This document shows, piece after piece, positions 18,301 through 31,740 of a stretch of 64,000 nt of DNA; within the stretch, counting starts at the first letter, position 1; each line of letters begins with the position of its first letter. Below the pieces are notes generated by a model, which searched no databases, had not been told where the DNA came from, and saw only the letters and a program-made list of their open reading frames with translations. This stretch comes from Azolla caroliniana (taxonomy: Eukaryota > Plantae > Polypodiophyta): contig JBHGNT010000009.1 of assembly GCA_043228905.1 (NCBI GenBank), positions 18,600,001 through 18,664,000 of the forward strand, in the 5' to 3' direction. A program made the translations under genes and the position numbers.

Positions 18301-19689
18301 TATTATTTTGGCCAATTTGATGTTTACTTATTTTTGGCATTATTTCCAATATCCGGGTGATTTCACATTGTGGACTAAAGTCATCCGAAAACCGCACATG
18401 TACATGACCTGCCCACTTAGATTTTGTTAGACTTGATTGTATAAGATAGGTGGGATTTTCATGTTGTGGGTTCGTCTTTGCTCTCCCTCGCACTCTATGC
18501 TTAGGACATCTTCATCATTCTCCCATCTTCATCCCAGCACTTAAAATATCTTGGATACAACCTATCTACGATGGTGAGTGAATAAATCCAATTCATCTCG
18601 GGTGATGTGGTTGTGGTTGATCAGGTTCTAGTTTGAGCCTTAGGGCATTAGTCTGCATTTTAATCAAATTCCCAAGCACTCTCAAGGTTACAAGCTAGTT
18701 AGTAGTACCTCTACTTCAAATTCAGCCATGATGGATTGAACATCCATGAGTGGATTCCATTCTTGTTTGTGTACTTTTTGGGTGTAGACTTGGATACAAT
18801 ACATCTTATTACCTTCTTGCATTTAAATTTCATCATGTTGAAAATCCATTAACAATTGATTGACCTTTAAGAAGGTTGCCCAAGCAAACAATCGTAAACC
18901 ACTTGGTTGGCATAGCCATGTGTTGATATTCAATGGGAGATTAATGTAAATAGGAAACACTAAAGGGCATGCCAATAGGACTAACCTAGTGCAAACCCTC
19001 CACTTTGAAGTATATGTATGAGGGACTTAGGGTTTGGAGGAGGCCTTGAAAGTTGGTCTCTATTGAGAGAGTGAGAGAACTCTTGTAGTTGATATTTGTA
19101 GATGATCCCAAGGGAAGGTTTACAAATTATCTTGTATTATAATATGTTACATATGGGTGCTGCTTTTTAGGATTTGATTAAACACTCTTAAAAAGTTTAT
19201 GTCAGGATTAAGATACTCCCAAAAGAAAGATTATGGGCATATAGTCCAATTGTTATGAGAGTTGAGTAACACATAATGGAAATTGAGTTTGGAAATTGAA
19301 GCATATAGGGGCTTGGATCCAAGATTTAGCTTGTCAAAGGGCAAACAACATGACGTCTTATTGATAATGAAAATTGTGCTTTTCGAGAAATAATTTCATA
19401 TTGGAATTTCCCAAAATCTATTGGCAATGTTTCTCTTCTTCTCTACATAACAATATTGTTTTCCGTTTTAGGGTTTGCAGCTCTCCTCTCCCATTAAGCT
19501 TATTACATGTGGGTTATCAAGGGCTTTGAACTTGAATAACAAAAAATTGTGGATATTCAAACATTCAACTTATACTTCTTTGGCACACCTAGTCCTTTGA
19601 TTGTCGTTGATATGATTACTTTTACCATACTCATCTTGCACGAAGCCATGCCTTTGGCTCACACATGATGAGGATAACAAAACATACAT

Positions 19690-20085
19690 ACTTGGGGATA
19701 AAAAAAAAACACATGTCAAACCTACAAAACAAAAAATAATCACACATAACCTCGACCTATTGACACAACAGATTGAAGTGCCTATGAGGGATCAAATTGT
19801 GCACACCATTGTTTGCCACACGATAGCTCTTATTCGATTACATTCATGGTTTTAATGTATGATCGTCATATGCCAGAAGGACCAAGCCCTAGAATACCAC
19901 TACTCTTAACCTGGGGATAAAAAAGAACTTGTCGTACCTACAAAACCAAAAGCAATCACACATAACCTCAACCTTTTGACACGGGAGATTGAAGTGCCTA
20001 CATGGTATCAAATTGTGCAACAACTTTGTCTGTCACATGGTTGACTAGTATTCGATTATAATTCATGGTTTTAACATGTGATTAT
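19690..20085. repeat. Diverged ~220-bp direct duplication
   Basis: TGGGGATAAAAAA..CCTACAAAAC..ATCACACATAACCTC..AGATTGAAGTGCCTA occurs at ~19692 and ~19912. Confidence 0.8.
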
Positions 20086-20254
20086 CACAGTCAAGTTGTA
20101 GAATACCCCCAAAAAGGGGTTACTTTTCGACGCATCGATATGCTAGGTCGAAGGGTATGGCGGAGGTGTGTTTGGGTGACCGGACATAAGTTGTACCGGA
20201 AATGTTCGATGGGAGAGGGATAAGTACATATGTAGGGGCAGAGAGAACAAAGCC

Positions 20255-20670
20255 GAGGAGAGTGTGTCACATTGGATGCACACATGCATACATGCCTCCA
20301 TCCATCCAATGACATATACATACCATGTATGGAGGAGAGTGTGTCACATTGGATGCATCCATCCATCCATCCAAATACATATACATACCATGTATGGAGG
20401 AGAGTGTGTCACATTGGATGCATCCATCCATCCATCCAAATACATATACATACCATGTATGGAGGAGAGTGTGTCACATTGGATGCATCCATCCATCCAA
20501 AGACATATACATACCATGTATGGAGCTGAGTGTGTCACATTGGATGCATCCATCCATCCATCCAAAGACATCTACATACCATGTATGTAGTAGAGTGTCA
20601 CATTGGATGCATCCATCCATCCATACATCGAAAGACATATGTATATACATATTCGTAATTACATACCATG
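20255..20670. repeat. ~65-bp minisatellite, ~6 units, upstream of the methyltransferase CDS
   Basis: Unit GGAGAGTGTGTCACATTGGATG(CATC)nCAAATACATATACATACCATGTAT; unit starts at 20334, 20399, 20464. Confidence 0.95.
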
Positions 20671-20735
20671 TATGTTTTGTGTGTAATTTGTAGAATGGGG
20701 CTGAAAGGAAGGCCCCATTTAACTAAGAAGGAAGC

Positions 20736-23079
20736 ATGAAGTTCTCCAGCTACCCTGTTGTGGAGGTGGAGGTGAAGGGCGAGATGCTGCGGTTCGAGCA
20801 GGACAATGGGTCCATGCACGTGGGTACCTCCGTGTGGCCATGCTCCCTCGTGCTCCTCAAGTGGATGGAGACCCATGTGGCCTCCTTGCAAGCAAGAAGA
20901 GAAAAACCCCAAGATGATGGTGATGGTGATGGCCATGGGAATGCTCATCATGGCCATGGTGGTGATGATGCTCAGTATGGCCATGGTGATGATGATGGCG
21001 ATGCTGTCTTCGATTTGCGAGGGAAGCATGGCATTGAGCTCGGGTCGGGGTGTGGTGTCGCGGGCCTCGGTTTCGCACTTCTCGGACTTAACACGCTGCT
21101 CACGGACATCACCCCTGTCCTCCCCGCCCTCAAACGCAATGTCAAGAAGAATGTCGCCGCCACTTCGCTTCGTTCTCCAGGTATGTATGTATGTATGTAT
21201 GTATGTATGTATGCTATATACTCACTGTACAAGAACCATTTGGTATTTTGCTAGCATGCCCCTTCCCTATTTGATAAAAAATTACCTTAGTACCCCTCAT
21301 GCTGAAAACAAAGACTAGAATATGTATTTCCATCTGGTGCATGCAAAACCTACTTTTGGTAAAATTGGAAAACTTGCTTGGCTTCCGAAGTAAAAATTCC
21401 ACAAAGTCGGGGGCGTATTCTGGTTACTATGTCCTTGGACATATCTAGTGTTTTATCCTTCTTGTTACCTTGGGTGGCCACCCTACAATGTCTGGCCAAT
21501 GTGAAAGGCCTATAACTTGAGTGTTCATTGGGCATGCAGGTATGCTAAATCTTTGTTACCACATGCCCCTAGACATCGAGATGGGCACGTGCGGTAGGTG
21601 TCTGGCCTAGTGTCAAAAGCTGGTAATTAAAGATTGGATTGTGAAAACACCCTTAATGGAGAGAGATTCTGGAAATCCTATAAAATGGATCCTAGGTCCT
21701 CATTCTAATGTCTTGGGATGTAGCATTGGTTTGGTTCCAATATTGGTTCTTGAATATCAGCATGGGGCCCATAGGATATCGGGGTCTCTTGTCACATGTT
21801 GAGTCGTGATGATGATGATCACGTGCTATGCTATGCTATATGAATACATGCGAGAAATGATGATGGTCATCCATGGTTAATCCTTTCATGTTGATATGGA
21901 TTCAAGTGGCATGGTGGAAGGAGCATAACAAACTCTTGAAAAGGTCATCCATGGATGCTATATCACTTTCAAACATGTTAAATGGATTCAATTAGAGATA
22001 TGTGAGCAAGAACATGGTAAACCCTAGAAATGTTTGGCAATGCTAAATCACTCTCAAATATATTGATATTGATTTGATAGAAATGGTGGAAACAAATACG
22101 CTAAACTCTCGGAACGGTCATAGGTGCTGATCGCATAGATATGGGATTTGAGAGAAATAGTGGAAAACTATATGCTTTACACTAGGATATGTTAATCAGT
22201 GCTAATCAGTGTACAGAAAAAGCCTCAAACATGTGGATATGGATTCAAGAGAAATGATCGAAAGAACAAGCTGAAGTCTTGAAAAGGCCATACATGCTGT
22301 ATCACTTCTAAAACATGTTGATATGGTGGAACTATTCTTGATAACATCATGTCTCTTGCTACCTTTTTTGTTATCATGGTCACAGAACAATTATGGGAAG
22401 AACTATGTACGCGGAATTACATCCAAAATTGTTAAGAAAGAATGCAGTAACTATCCTCACAAGGGTTAATTAAGATGACAAATGTAGAAAGCTTGTGCTG
22501 AACACCTTAGCAGATGAGAGATGCTAATGGTCTTATCGTTTCATATGAGAATGCAACTATCGTCCAAGTTTGTATATATTGCCTGCCATTTGTACATGTA
22601 GGTGTGCATCACATACTCTTTTCTTTCAGTGCCAAAGATGGATAAAGCTACCATATATACAGTACCCATGTATGAACATGGTGGCAAAGGCATCATCTGT
22701 TTATGACATGATTTTAACACGTCCAATTGCAGGTACAGCTCCATCCTTTTCGGGTAAAGTCAAAATTTCACAGCTATATTGGGGTAATCCTAGCCAAATC
22801 TCGGCCCTAAAATCACCTTTTGACTACATCATTGCGACAGATGTTGTCTACATTGAGAACATTGTTGAGCCTTTTTTGTCGACTTTGAATGCCCTCTCAG
22901 GTCCATCCACCATCATTTTTCTTGGCTACCAGATCCGATCTCCAGAAGCACATGAGCTTTTTTGGAGACTTTGCCCCGAGCTTTTCTATGTAAAGAAAGT
23001 TCCTCATGAAAATCTCCATCCCGACTATGCATTTGAAGAAGCTGATGTCTTCATCCTTAAGAAGAAGGGCTATTCCTAA
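20736..23079 (+). CDS. METTL21-like (Methyltransf_16) protein-lysine methyltransferase, At5g44170-like
   Basis: Exons 20736-21180 and 22733-23079 (phase-1 GT-AG intron). QDNGSMHVGTSVWPCS, motif I IELGSGCG, LLTD, LYWG, DYIIATDVVY, GYQIRSPEA. Confidence 0.92.
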
Positions 23080-24964
23080 ACAAAGAGAGAATTCAAAATG
23101 CTATTTCTTGAATAATAAGAATCTTATCAATAGATGACAGTAAGAATTTTGTTAATATGTGTATTATTTTTTATATTGAGTAAGAAACTCTTATATGTTA
23201 TTTGACCTGAGTTATAATTTATGATTACAAATGCTATGGATGTGGGGATAGCATGAGATTTTGATCTAGCTTTCAAACGCACAGAGACAAATTTGATTTG
23301 TAAGTAAACATAATCAATCATTATTTACTTGCAGTCAGATGATCGACATTTATGATTGGTCTAGATTTTTGCATTTATAATCAAGTGACTACCAATTTGA
23401 AGTTACCAAAATGTCTTATTTAATGAACTGAATATCTCTTATGGCTGTGCTTCTGTATGTTTTCTAGGCAAAGTGTCCATGTATAAAAAAATGTTTGAAG
23501 TAAACAGAGAAATTCTAACTCTAGGTTTGCTAGGTAGATAACTTGTCAAAGTGTATTGAATTGCGATGTGGTCGAAAATCCTATGTATATTGATTTGAGA
23601 TGTGCTACAGTGTTCCATTTAAGTATTGATTTGATTAGTTTGTACAACGTTTAGGTTTTGCTTGAAATATTCATTTACTTAATAAGTTTCCAATCTTCTT
23701 AATCTTAACCTGAATATTAGTTAGTGGCGACATAATTACACAAGTTGTGATGATTGTAGCATAATATTAGTATTGTTACTTGTGGCATCATAGTACTAGT
23801 GAAGAGCTGGAGTGAGTGAAGAGGAGACAATTCACACTTATTTAATACAAGTGTTGAGGAGAAACAGTAATATGTAAAAATAAAAAATATGACCGCTATA
23901 AATTAGGCATTTCTCCCAACAAATCAATCATATACGTAATCAACTGATTTACTTTGCAAACATTTGTGCTTATTTAGCTTCCCTCATAGTTTGAGCATAT
24001 GACACACCTTTATTTTCTTTTATGCAGATCTTTACTTCCAACATGATATGCAATGGGATCAGTTCCCAAGAAATTGGCACATGTAAATGGAGGCCTCATC
24101 TTAATCCAAGAGGCTAGACTTTCACAAGATTGTGAAGAGAGCATATTGCGTGACATCATTCAGTGAAGAAAGAAAATGTACCCCACTTTTACACAAATGA
24201 CATTGATGTTCATGAAGCATCTCTCTTTGCTCACTTAAGACTGATGTGTCTAATTTGGAAGTTTGAAGGAGAGTTTACTAAATACGAAATAGCATTAGGT
24301 ATTTGAAAGGAATGCTAAATCGTCTGTTCAGAATAAAGAGCTCCAAACCATTTCATTTTACCTTATTTGTGAGTTTTTGGGGAATATAATATATAACAAT
24401 TAAACACTGACATATGTTTTTATGAATGATGTTGTGTAGGTTATAGGTGATTTTTTTGTACATAATTCTACTGTCAAATTTTTAGGAACATATATTTGTA
24501 CTATTGTTTGGTTTTAAGAAAACAAAATAATCTTCTGTAGCTCCATGTTGGTTGTGCTCCTTTCTATAATTCCATGATTTCTCTGGATTCTCACCTTCAA
24601 TTGAACCAAACCTTCTTCTCGGAGCTCCCGATGCCGACTGTGACATTTATATGATTTCAATCCAGCACAAACAAACGTGCATCTCTTGTAAGTTTAATTG
24701 CGCATCACAATGATTTAACACACCGATGATTTCAACTTCTTAAAATAGTGATCAAAAGAATGCATCTCTTCTAAGTTTAATTGCATTTCACAATGATTTA
24801 ATACAATGACGATTTCAACCTCTTAAAATAGCAATGACAATAAATGTGTGGTTCAAATGGTACATGTAGCTTCTTCATCTCTTATTGGTGTTTCCCAGTT
24901 GTAGTTGTTTCTGTAGGAGGCGACAGTGGAAAATGGTCGGAAGGTAGCTAAACATATCCAATTG

Positions 24965-25656
24965 TGTTGGGATTACGGTCCCTCCGGATGGGATGGTCGG
25001 ATGTCCGGGAATCGGGAATGAAGACCCGAATGAGGAGTACTCGGTATCGGAACCGGATGATGAAGACCCGGTTTCGGATCCGGAAGATGAAGACCCCGGC
25101 TACGGAGCCGGATGATGAAGACCCCGACTACGGAGCTGGATGATGAAGACCCCGGCTACGGAGCCGGATGACGAATGTACCCGGAAAGAGATCCGGATGC
25201 GGGGACATATTTGTCAATATGTTTGCCAAGGGCCCTTGAGGCTATAGTTGTAAATAGCCCGAAAGTCATATGTGTATAAATATGACTTAGGGCAAACAAT
25301 TTTTAATGTTGTTGCTCATTTTTCTGTTTTCCACTTAGAGGGAGCGAAGTGAGAGCAGCCGAGAGAGAGAGAGAGAGAGAGAAAGGAAGAGGTCGACGCC
25401 TCTGTGTAATACCGCCGTCTGTGGCGAGGACAGCGAGCTCAAGGTCGTCGCCTTGCAGCTCGCCATTGTATATTCCCTGCGTATAGTGATAGTTGGAGTC
25501 TTGCACTCCCGTGGTTTTTCCCGTCTAGGGTTTTCCACGCTAAACCCTGTGCATTCAAGTCTCTCTCTGTGTTTTTCGATTTACTACTGCATTGATCCGT
25601 GTTTCCTCGGTTGTGGCCGAGAGGTGAAGGTTTTGAAAGCGTCAAGATTCCCAACA
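24965..25656 (+). repeat. 5' LTR (692 bp)
   Basis: TGTTGGG...CCCAACA; three copies of a 28-bp U3 repeat; TATAAAT near 25275. Confidence 0.97.
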
Positions 25657-25659
25657 ATC

Positions 25660-25671
25660 TGGTATCAGAGC
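25660..25671 (+). promoter_or_regulatory. Primer-binding site, tRNA-iMet
   Basis: TGGTATCAGAGC 3 nt after the LTR end. Confidence 0.95.
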
Positions 25672-25687
25672 GACTGCAGTGCAGAAA

Positions 25688-28600
25688 ATGGAAGGCGGCA
25701 GCAGCGGGCAGCCGGGGATGATGGTGCTGAATGCGCAGAACTACGCCGACTGGAAGATAAAGATGGAGGATTTGCTCATTGTTCGGGACCTGTATGAACC
25801 GATCGACAGGTCGGAAATACCCAAGGGGGTACTTGAGACGGAATGGAGGCTTCTGAACCGGAAAGCCGTTGCAACCATTCGGCAATACGTCGACATGAGC
25901 GTTCTACAACATGTGGCGAACGACACCAACGCATATGAGATGTGGCGGAAGCTGTCGGGCCTCTACGAGAGGAAGAATGTGTTGAACCGGACCTCCCTGA
26001 TGAGGAAGATAGTGAACCTCAAGTACCGGGACGGCGAGAGTATGGTGGAACACGTAAGCACGTTCATGGGATTCGTGAACCAGCTTGCGGCGATCAAGTT
26101 CTCGTTGGAGGATGCAATGCAAGCCATCATCCTGATGTGTACATTGCCGGAAAGCTGGGAGAACTTGGTGGTGACTCTCAGCACCTCCTGCACCGAAGAT
26201 AACTTGTCTCTACAAACGGTAAAGACAAGCATTTTGAACGAAGAAGCGCGTCGGAGAGATAAAGAACCGGCCTCCGATCCGAAGATGCTGCTTACCGAAT
26301 CGGATCGGGGAAGACAACGGAACCGGAGTCCGCAAAGACGGGAGAAGTCGGGGACCCGGTCGCAGTCAAGAGGAAGGCCCACATGCTTCCACTGTGGGAA
26401 GCCGGGGCACTTCCGAAAGAATTGTCGGCATTACCGAAAAGACAACGGAGCCGACGACACCGATTCGAAGAAGTCTTCGGAACGGAACGGTGCTTACCGG
26501 GGAGCCACGGACCGGAATGGTTCGGATCGGCGAGGGCAGGACCGGAAAGGAACGACGGCACTCGCGGCAAGTGAAGAGGAGATCATGCTCATCACCGAAG
26601 AAGGTGAACTAAACATTGCCGGCGATGAGACTACTTGGGTGGTCGATTTCGGAGCGTCGTTCCACCTGACCCCGGAAAGAAGATACTTCTCATCCTACAC
26701 AGCCGGTGAGCATGGCTGTGTTCGGATGGGAAATGAAGGTACGTGCCGGATTGCCGGCATAGGAGACGTGTGGTTGACAACCTCGACCGGATGCAAAATG
26801 TTGCTGAAGGATGTCCGACACGTTCCGGAGGTTCGATTGAACCTGATTTCGGCCGGGAGGCTAGACGATGAAGGCTACACAGGTAGCATCCGGAACTGCG
26901 TAATGAAGTTCAGCAAGGGGAGCCTGATAGTGGCTCGGGCCCGGAAAGTCAACACACTGTACCTTATGAGTGCCTGGTTGTGTCCGGAGGAGTTGAACGT
27001 GGCAGCCGACACTGCCGGTGAGCTGTGGCACAAGAGACTGTGCCACATGAGTGAGAAGGGGATGAAGAGGCTTGCAGAAGACAACCTTATTCCAGTGAAG
27101 CATGTGCACCTGGAGAAGTGCACCGATTGCCTGGCCGGTAAGCAGAACCGAACCTCCTTCCACTCAAGGCCACCGACGAGACGTAGCGCACCATTGGAGT
27201 TGGTGCACACTGACGTGTGTCAAGTAGAAACGAAGTCACATGGCGGAGCCCAGTACTTCGTGACATTCATTGATGACCACAGCCGGAAGCTGTGGACGGC
27301 ACCGTTGAAGACAAAGGACCAAGTGTTGCGCGTCTTCAAAGAACTCCACGCGAGAGTGGAAAGGGAATCCGGCAAGAAGCTGAAAGCGATACGAGCGGAT
27401 AACGGAGGTGAATACCGGGGGCAGTTCGAGGAGTATTGTCGCTCGAAGGGAATCCGGCTCGAGTTTACTGTGCCGAAGACGCCGGAACTGAACGGGCTGG
27501 CCGAGAGGATGAACCGGACCATAATGGAGAGGGTCCGGAGTATGCTGGCGCATGCGAAATTACCCAAGGGGTTTTGGGTTGAGGCAATGTCGACGGCGAC
27601 ATACGTGATAAACAGATCACCCTCAGTACCTTTGGACGGAGACACGCCGCAGAGAGTGTGGACCGGTAGGGAAGTATCCTACCGGCATCTGAAGGTGTTC
27701 GGGTGTCTCGCATATGTGTATGTGGCAAAGGACCGGAGAGGAAAGCTAGATCCAAAGACCCGGCCATGCATATTCCTCGGTTACGGCGATGACGAGTTCG
27801 GCTACCGAGTATGGGACCCGGTCGACAAAAAGATATTCCGGAGTCGTGATATCATCTTCATGGAGGACAAGACACTCGCCGACTGGGAGTCGGAGAAGAA
27901 GATGAAGAGCTCCAAGTCGACCGGTGAGGATCAACTCTACGAGGAGCAGTCCCAACCGGCAAGGGACCGGTTAGCACTCGAGGATCCGGCCGAAGACGGT
28001 GAAGAAACAGAACCGGCCGAGGAAGATGAAACTGATACCGGAACCGGCCCCGATCCCGAAATGGATTCGGATGAAGAGGAAACGGAGGAGCCGGTTACCG
28101 AAGCTCCGGAACAGAGATATCCTCTAAGAGAGAGAAGGGCCCCCCGGAGATTTCCGGAACCAGAGCACGTGCTGCTAACCGACGAGGGGGAGCCGGAGAG
28201 TTTTGAAGAAGCAAAGCTTGACACCCATAGCCGCAGGTGGTTAAGTGCCATGCAGGAGGAGATGGATTCCCTGCATGAGAACCACACATATGAACTTGTG
28301 GAGTTGCCGAAAGGAAAGCGGGCACTTCGAAACAAGTGGGTGTTCAAGCTGAAACCGGGAGATGCCGGAAACCCCCCGAGATACAAAGCCAGGATTGTGG
28401 TGAAGGGGTTCCAGCAGAAGAAGGGCGTCGACTTCGACGAGATATTTGCCCCGGTAGTGAAGATGACCTCAATCCGGACGGTGCTGAGCATAGCGGCAAG
28501 CATGGACCTCGAGGTAGAACAGATGGACGTGAAGACGGCATTCCTTCACGGTGACCTCGAAGAAGAGATCTACATGCAGCAACCGGAAGGATTCGAGAAG

Positions 28601-29761
28601 AAAGGGAAGGAGCACCTGGTATGCCGGTTGAAGAAGAGCCTTTACGGACAGAAGCAGGCTCCCCGGCAATGGTACCGGAAGTTCGACTCTTTCATGACCG
28701 ACGAAGGGTACCACAAAACGCAGTCCGATCACTGCGTGTTTGTGAAGAAGTTCGAAGGAGGAGACTTTCTAATACTCCTCCTGTACGTGGACGACATGTT
28801 GATCTTCGGACGGGACTAGGGCAAGATACGGATGCTAAAGAAAGCGCTTCACCGAACCTTCTCAATGAAGGACCTGGGTCCGGCGAGGCAAATACTAGGG
28901 ATGCACATCATCCGGGACCGGAAAAAGAAGCAGTTGTGGCTGTCACAGGAGAAGTACGTGACAAAGGTGCTTCACCGGTTCAACATGTCGGAAGCAAGAC
29001 CGGTCGGGTCAACCCTCCCGGCAAACTGCAAGTTGTCCAGCAAGCAAAGCCCCAAGACAAAGGCTGAGAAGGAGGACATGATGAAAGTACCATATGCCTC
29101 TGCCGTCGGAAGCTTGATGTACGCAATGGTGTGTACAAGACCGGACATAGGATATGCAGTCGGAGTGGTGAGCCGGTACATGAGCAATCCCGGCAAAGAG
29201 CACTGGAACGCGGCCAAGTGGATACTCCGATACCTGAAGGGCACGGCAAACGTGTGCCTCCGATTCGGCTCCGGTAAGCCCGAACTCGACGGCTTTACCG
29301 ATTCGGATATGTCGGCTGATGCAGATACCAGCCGGTCCACATCAGGGTATGTGATGACGTATGCAGGGGGAGCTGTTTCGTGGCAGTCGAGGCTGCAGAA
29401 GACGGTTGCGTTGTCAACCACGGAGGCGGAGTACATGGCGGCTGTTGAAGCCGGCAAGGAAATAATATGGATGAAGGACTTCATTAGAGAGCTCGGTATC
29501 CGGTAGGAGGAGTACCGACTCTACTGCGACAGTCAGAGTGCCATCCACCTTGCGAAGAACGCGGCCTATCACTCCCGGACGAAGCACATCCAGCGAAGAT
29601 ATCACTGGATCCGGGAAAGGATAGAAGACCAGGAGTTCGTGCTGACGAAGATCCACACGGACGAGAACGGGTCAGACATGCTGACCAAAGTGCTCACACC
29701 CGACAAGCTGGAAGCGTGCCGGAAGAAGGTCGGACTGGAAAGACATCCCATGCCGAAGTGA
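25688..29761 (+). pseudogene. Copia gag-pol with two in-frame TAG stops
   Basis: CCHC knuckle CFHCGKPGHFRKNC, protease WVVDFGAS, integrase HTDVC..DNGGEY..AER, RT YVDD, RNase H. Stops at 28817-28819 and 29504-29506; frame otherwise intact. Confidence 0.95.
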
Positions 29762-29771
29762 AGGGGGAGTT

Positions 29772-30435
29772 TGTTGGGATTACGGTCCCTCCGGATGGGA
29801 TGGTCGGATGTCCGGGAATCGGGAATGAAGACCCGAATGAGGAGTACCCGGTATTGGAACCGGATGATGAAGACCCGGTTTCGGATCCGGAAGATGAAGA
29901 CCCCGGCTACGGAGCTGGATGATGAAGACCCCGGCTACGAAGCCGGATGACGAATGTACCCGGAGAGAGATCCGGATGCGGGGACATATTTGTCAATATG
30001 TTTGCCAAGGGCCCTTGAGGCTATAGTTGTAAATAGCCCGAAAGTCATATGTGTATAAATATGACTTAGGGCAAACAGTTTTTAATGTTGTTGCTCATTT
30101 TTCTGTTTTCCACTTAGAGGGAGCGAAGTGAGAGCAGCCGAGAGAGAGAGAGAGAGAGAGAAAGGAAGAGGTCGACGCCTCTGTGTAATACCGCCGTCTG
30201 TGGCGAGGACAGCGAGCTCAAGGTCGTCGCCTTGCAGCTCGCCATTGTATATTCCCTGCGTATAGTGATAGTTGGAGTCTTGCACTCCCGTGGTTTTTCC
30301 CGTCTAGGGTTTTCCACGCTAAACCCTGTGCATTCGAGTCTCTCTCTGTGTTTTTCGATTTACTACTGCATTGATCCGTGTTTCCTCGGTTGTGGCCGAG
30401 AGGTGAAGGTTTTGAAAGCGTCAAGATTCCCAACA
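29772..30435 (+). repeat. 3' LTR (664 bp)
   Basis: Near-identical to 5' LTR, with one 28-bp unit fewer. Confidence 0.97.
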
Positions 30436-31740
30436 AATTGTTGGGTAAAACCATTATTGCACTGCATGTGTGAGTAAAGTGTTCTATATTAAATGTGCTT
30501 TATTACCACAATATCAATCTCAAAGAGTCTTGAAGCACCTTCAAGCTTAATCAATGCCATTGAAAGATAAATTGCCATCAACACATCATATTGTTGAGTA
30601 AAACCATTATTGCATTGCATGTGTGAGTAAAGTGTTCTACATTAAATGTGTTTTATTACCACAACAATACCAAGAAATTCACCCTCGCCCTCAATTCCAT
30701 TGCATGCTCTAGCATTGCTTGGAGGTGGTCTTGCAGTCTTCCTTGCCTTTAGATTTGCATACCTGAAGATGTTTTTTGTGATTAAAACTCACAATCATGC
30801 ATGTTATTTTTTTCCACCACTAGCTGGGTGTAGTTTTTTATGATTGTCTCAATCAACATGCAACGCCATACACAAGCTGAGTAATCTAGGATATGCAAAT
30901 ACCTATGTTTAAAACTCGATCATATCACACATCATTATCTCTGACCTAAGTGAACAAGGGGCATCATGACTTGCTAGCGAACAACATCAAAAAGAATTCT
31001 TCATAGTAAACAAAAGTTGTAGAAAGTGTATCCTAACCATTTCTTTAGTGCAACTACTGATGATCCAACATAGTTATGGATGTCCATGAGGAGCCAATGG
31101 GGGGTGATGCTCATGAGCATTACCTGAGACTCCATTACTCTGTTCTAGTTGCAATGGCAACCATTTACCAAAGAGCCTTCTGATAGTGTTTCCCATCTTC
31201 TTCTTCTTCACACCGAAGGGAAAACAAACAAACAAACAAACAAACAAGAGGAACACAAAAGAAGGAAACAGAGTAAACTGTGGAACAGAGGAATGTGTGG
31301 AAAACAAGAGTTAGTTTATAACATTTGTCTCACTTTTAGTTTCACACTTGCATCTCCTTTTTGACTAAGTTCACTATACATAGTTATGTAGTGAGGATGA
31401 GACAATCGATTGATCCATAGATCGAGTACACTCCGTGAGCAATCGTGAAAAGAAAAGGTAAAAGAAGTCATAATAATCATTGTTGCTTGTGTGCTCCACT
31501 TTGAGAGCCAATGTCTTGATCCTTATATTGAACATTCTACGCGTGTTTGCATAGAAGTCTAAAACAATGTACATATTCAATGATATTCATTGTTGGGAAG
31601 TGTGCGTAGAATGTTGTACGATGGTCCACTATGTTCACACACAATGAGAATCTCCCACACCCTTTCGTAAGAGTGGACTTTAGGAGGTCGTCCGGATACC
31701 AGCTGAAGTAGACATCAATCAAAAGGAACCGACCCGAGTT

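Larger units (their letters stand above)
24965..30435 (+). mobile_element. Structurally complete, young Ty1/Copia retrotransposon (Tnt1/Tork-like)
   Basis: TG..CA LTRs 24965-25656 and 29772-30435, TSD AATTG on both sides, PBS TGGTATCAGAGC, PPT GAAGTGAAGGGGGAG, gag-PR-INT-RT-RH order. Confidence 0.98.
23950..31196 (-). pseudogene. Decayed CAN1/CAN2-like staphylococcal-nuclease pseudogene interrupted by Copia
   Basis: MGNTIRRLFG start (31196); LAPHG..NYVGSS..KKW|YANLKARKTARPPP across a GT-AG intron resembles CAN ..SSKKAQANW|YRKL..AKPPP. Weaker remnants lie beyond the Copia (ELQKII, DAS*TSMSF, FAK). Frameshifts and stops present. Confidence 0.5.

Noticed and set aside
16400-19300. Possible old Gypsy remnants
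   Set aside because: Too degraded to support boundaries or domains.
20255-20670. CRISPR-like array (also 46370-47365)
   Set aside because: No unique spacers, no cas genes, eukaryotic context; these are tandem repeats.
28817-29506. Programmed readthrough or U-to-C editing of the two TAG stops
   Set aside because: Stops lie inside RT and RNase H; C-to-T decay is simpler, and U-to-C editing is organellar.
25741-29656. Many antisense and alternate-frame ORFs in the Copia and GC-rich Gypsy regions
   Set aside because: Expected shadows of GC-rich coding sequence.
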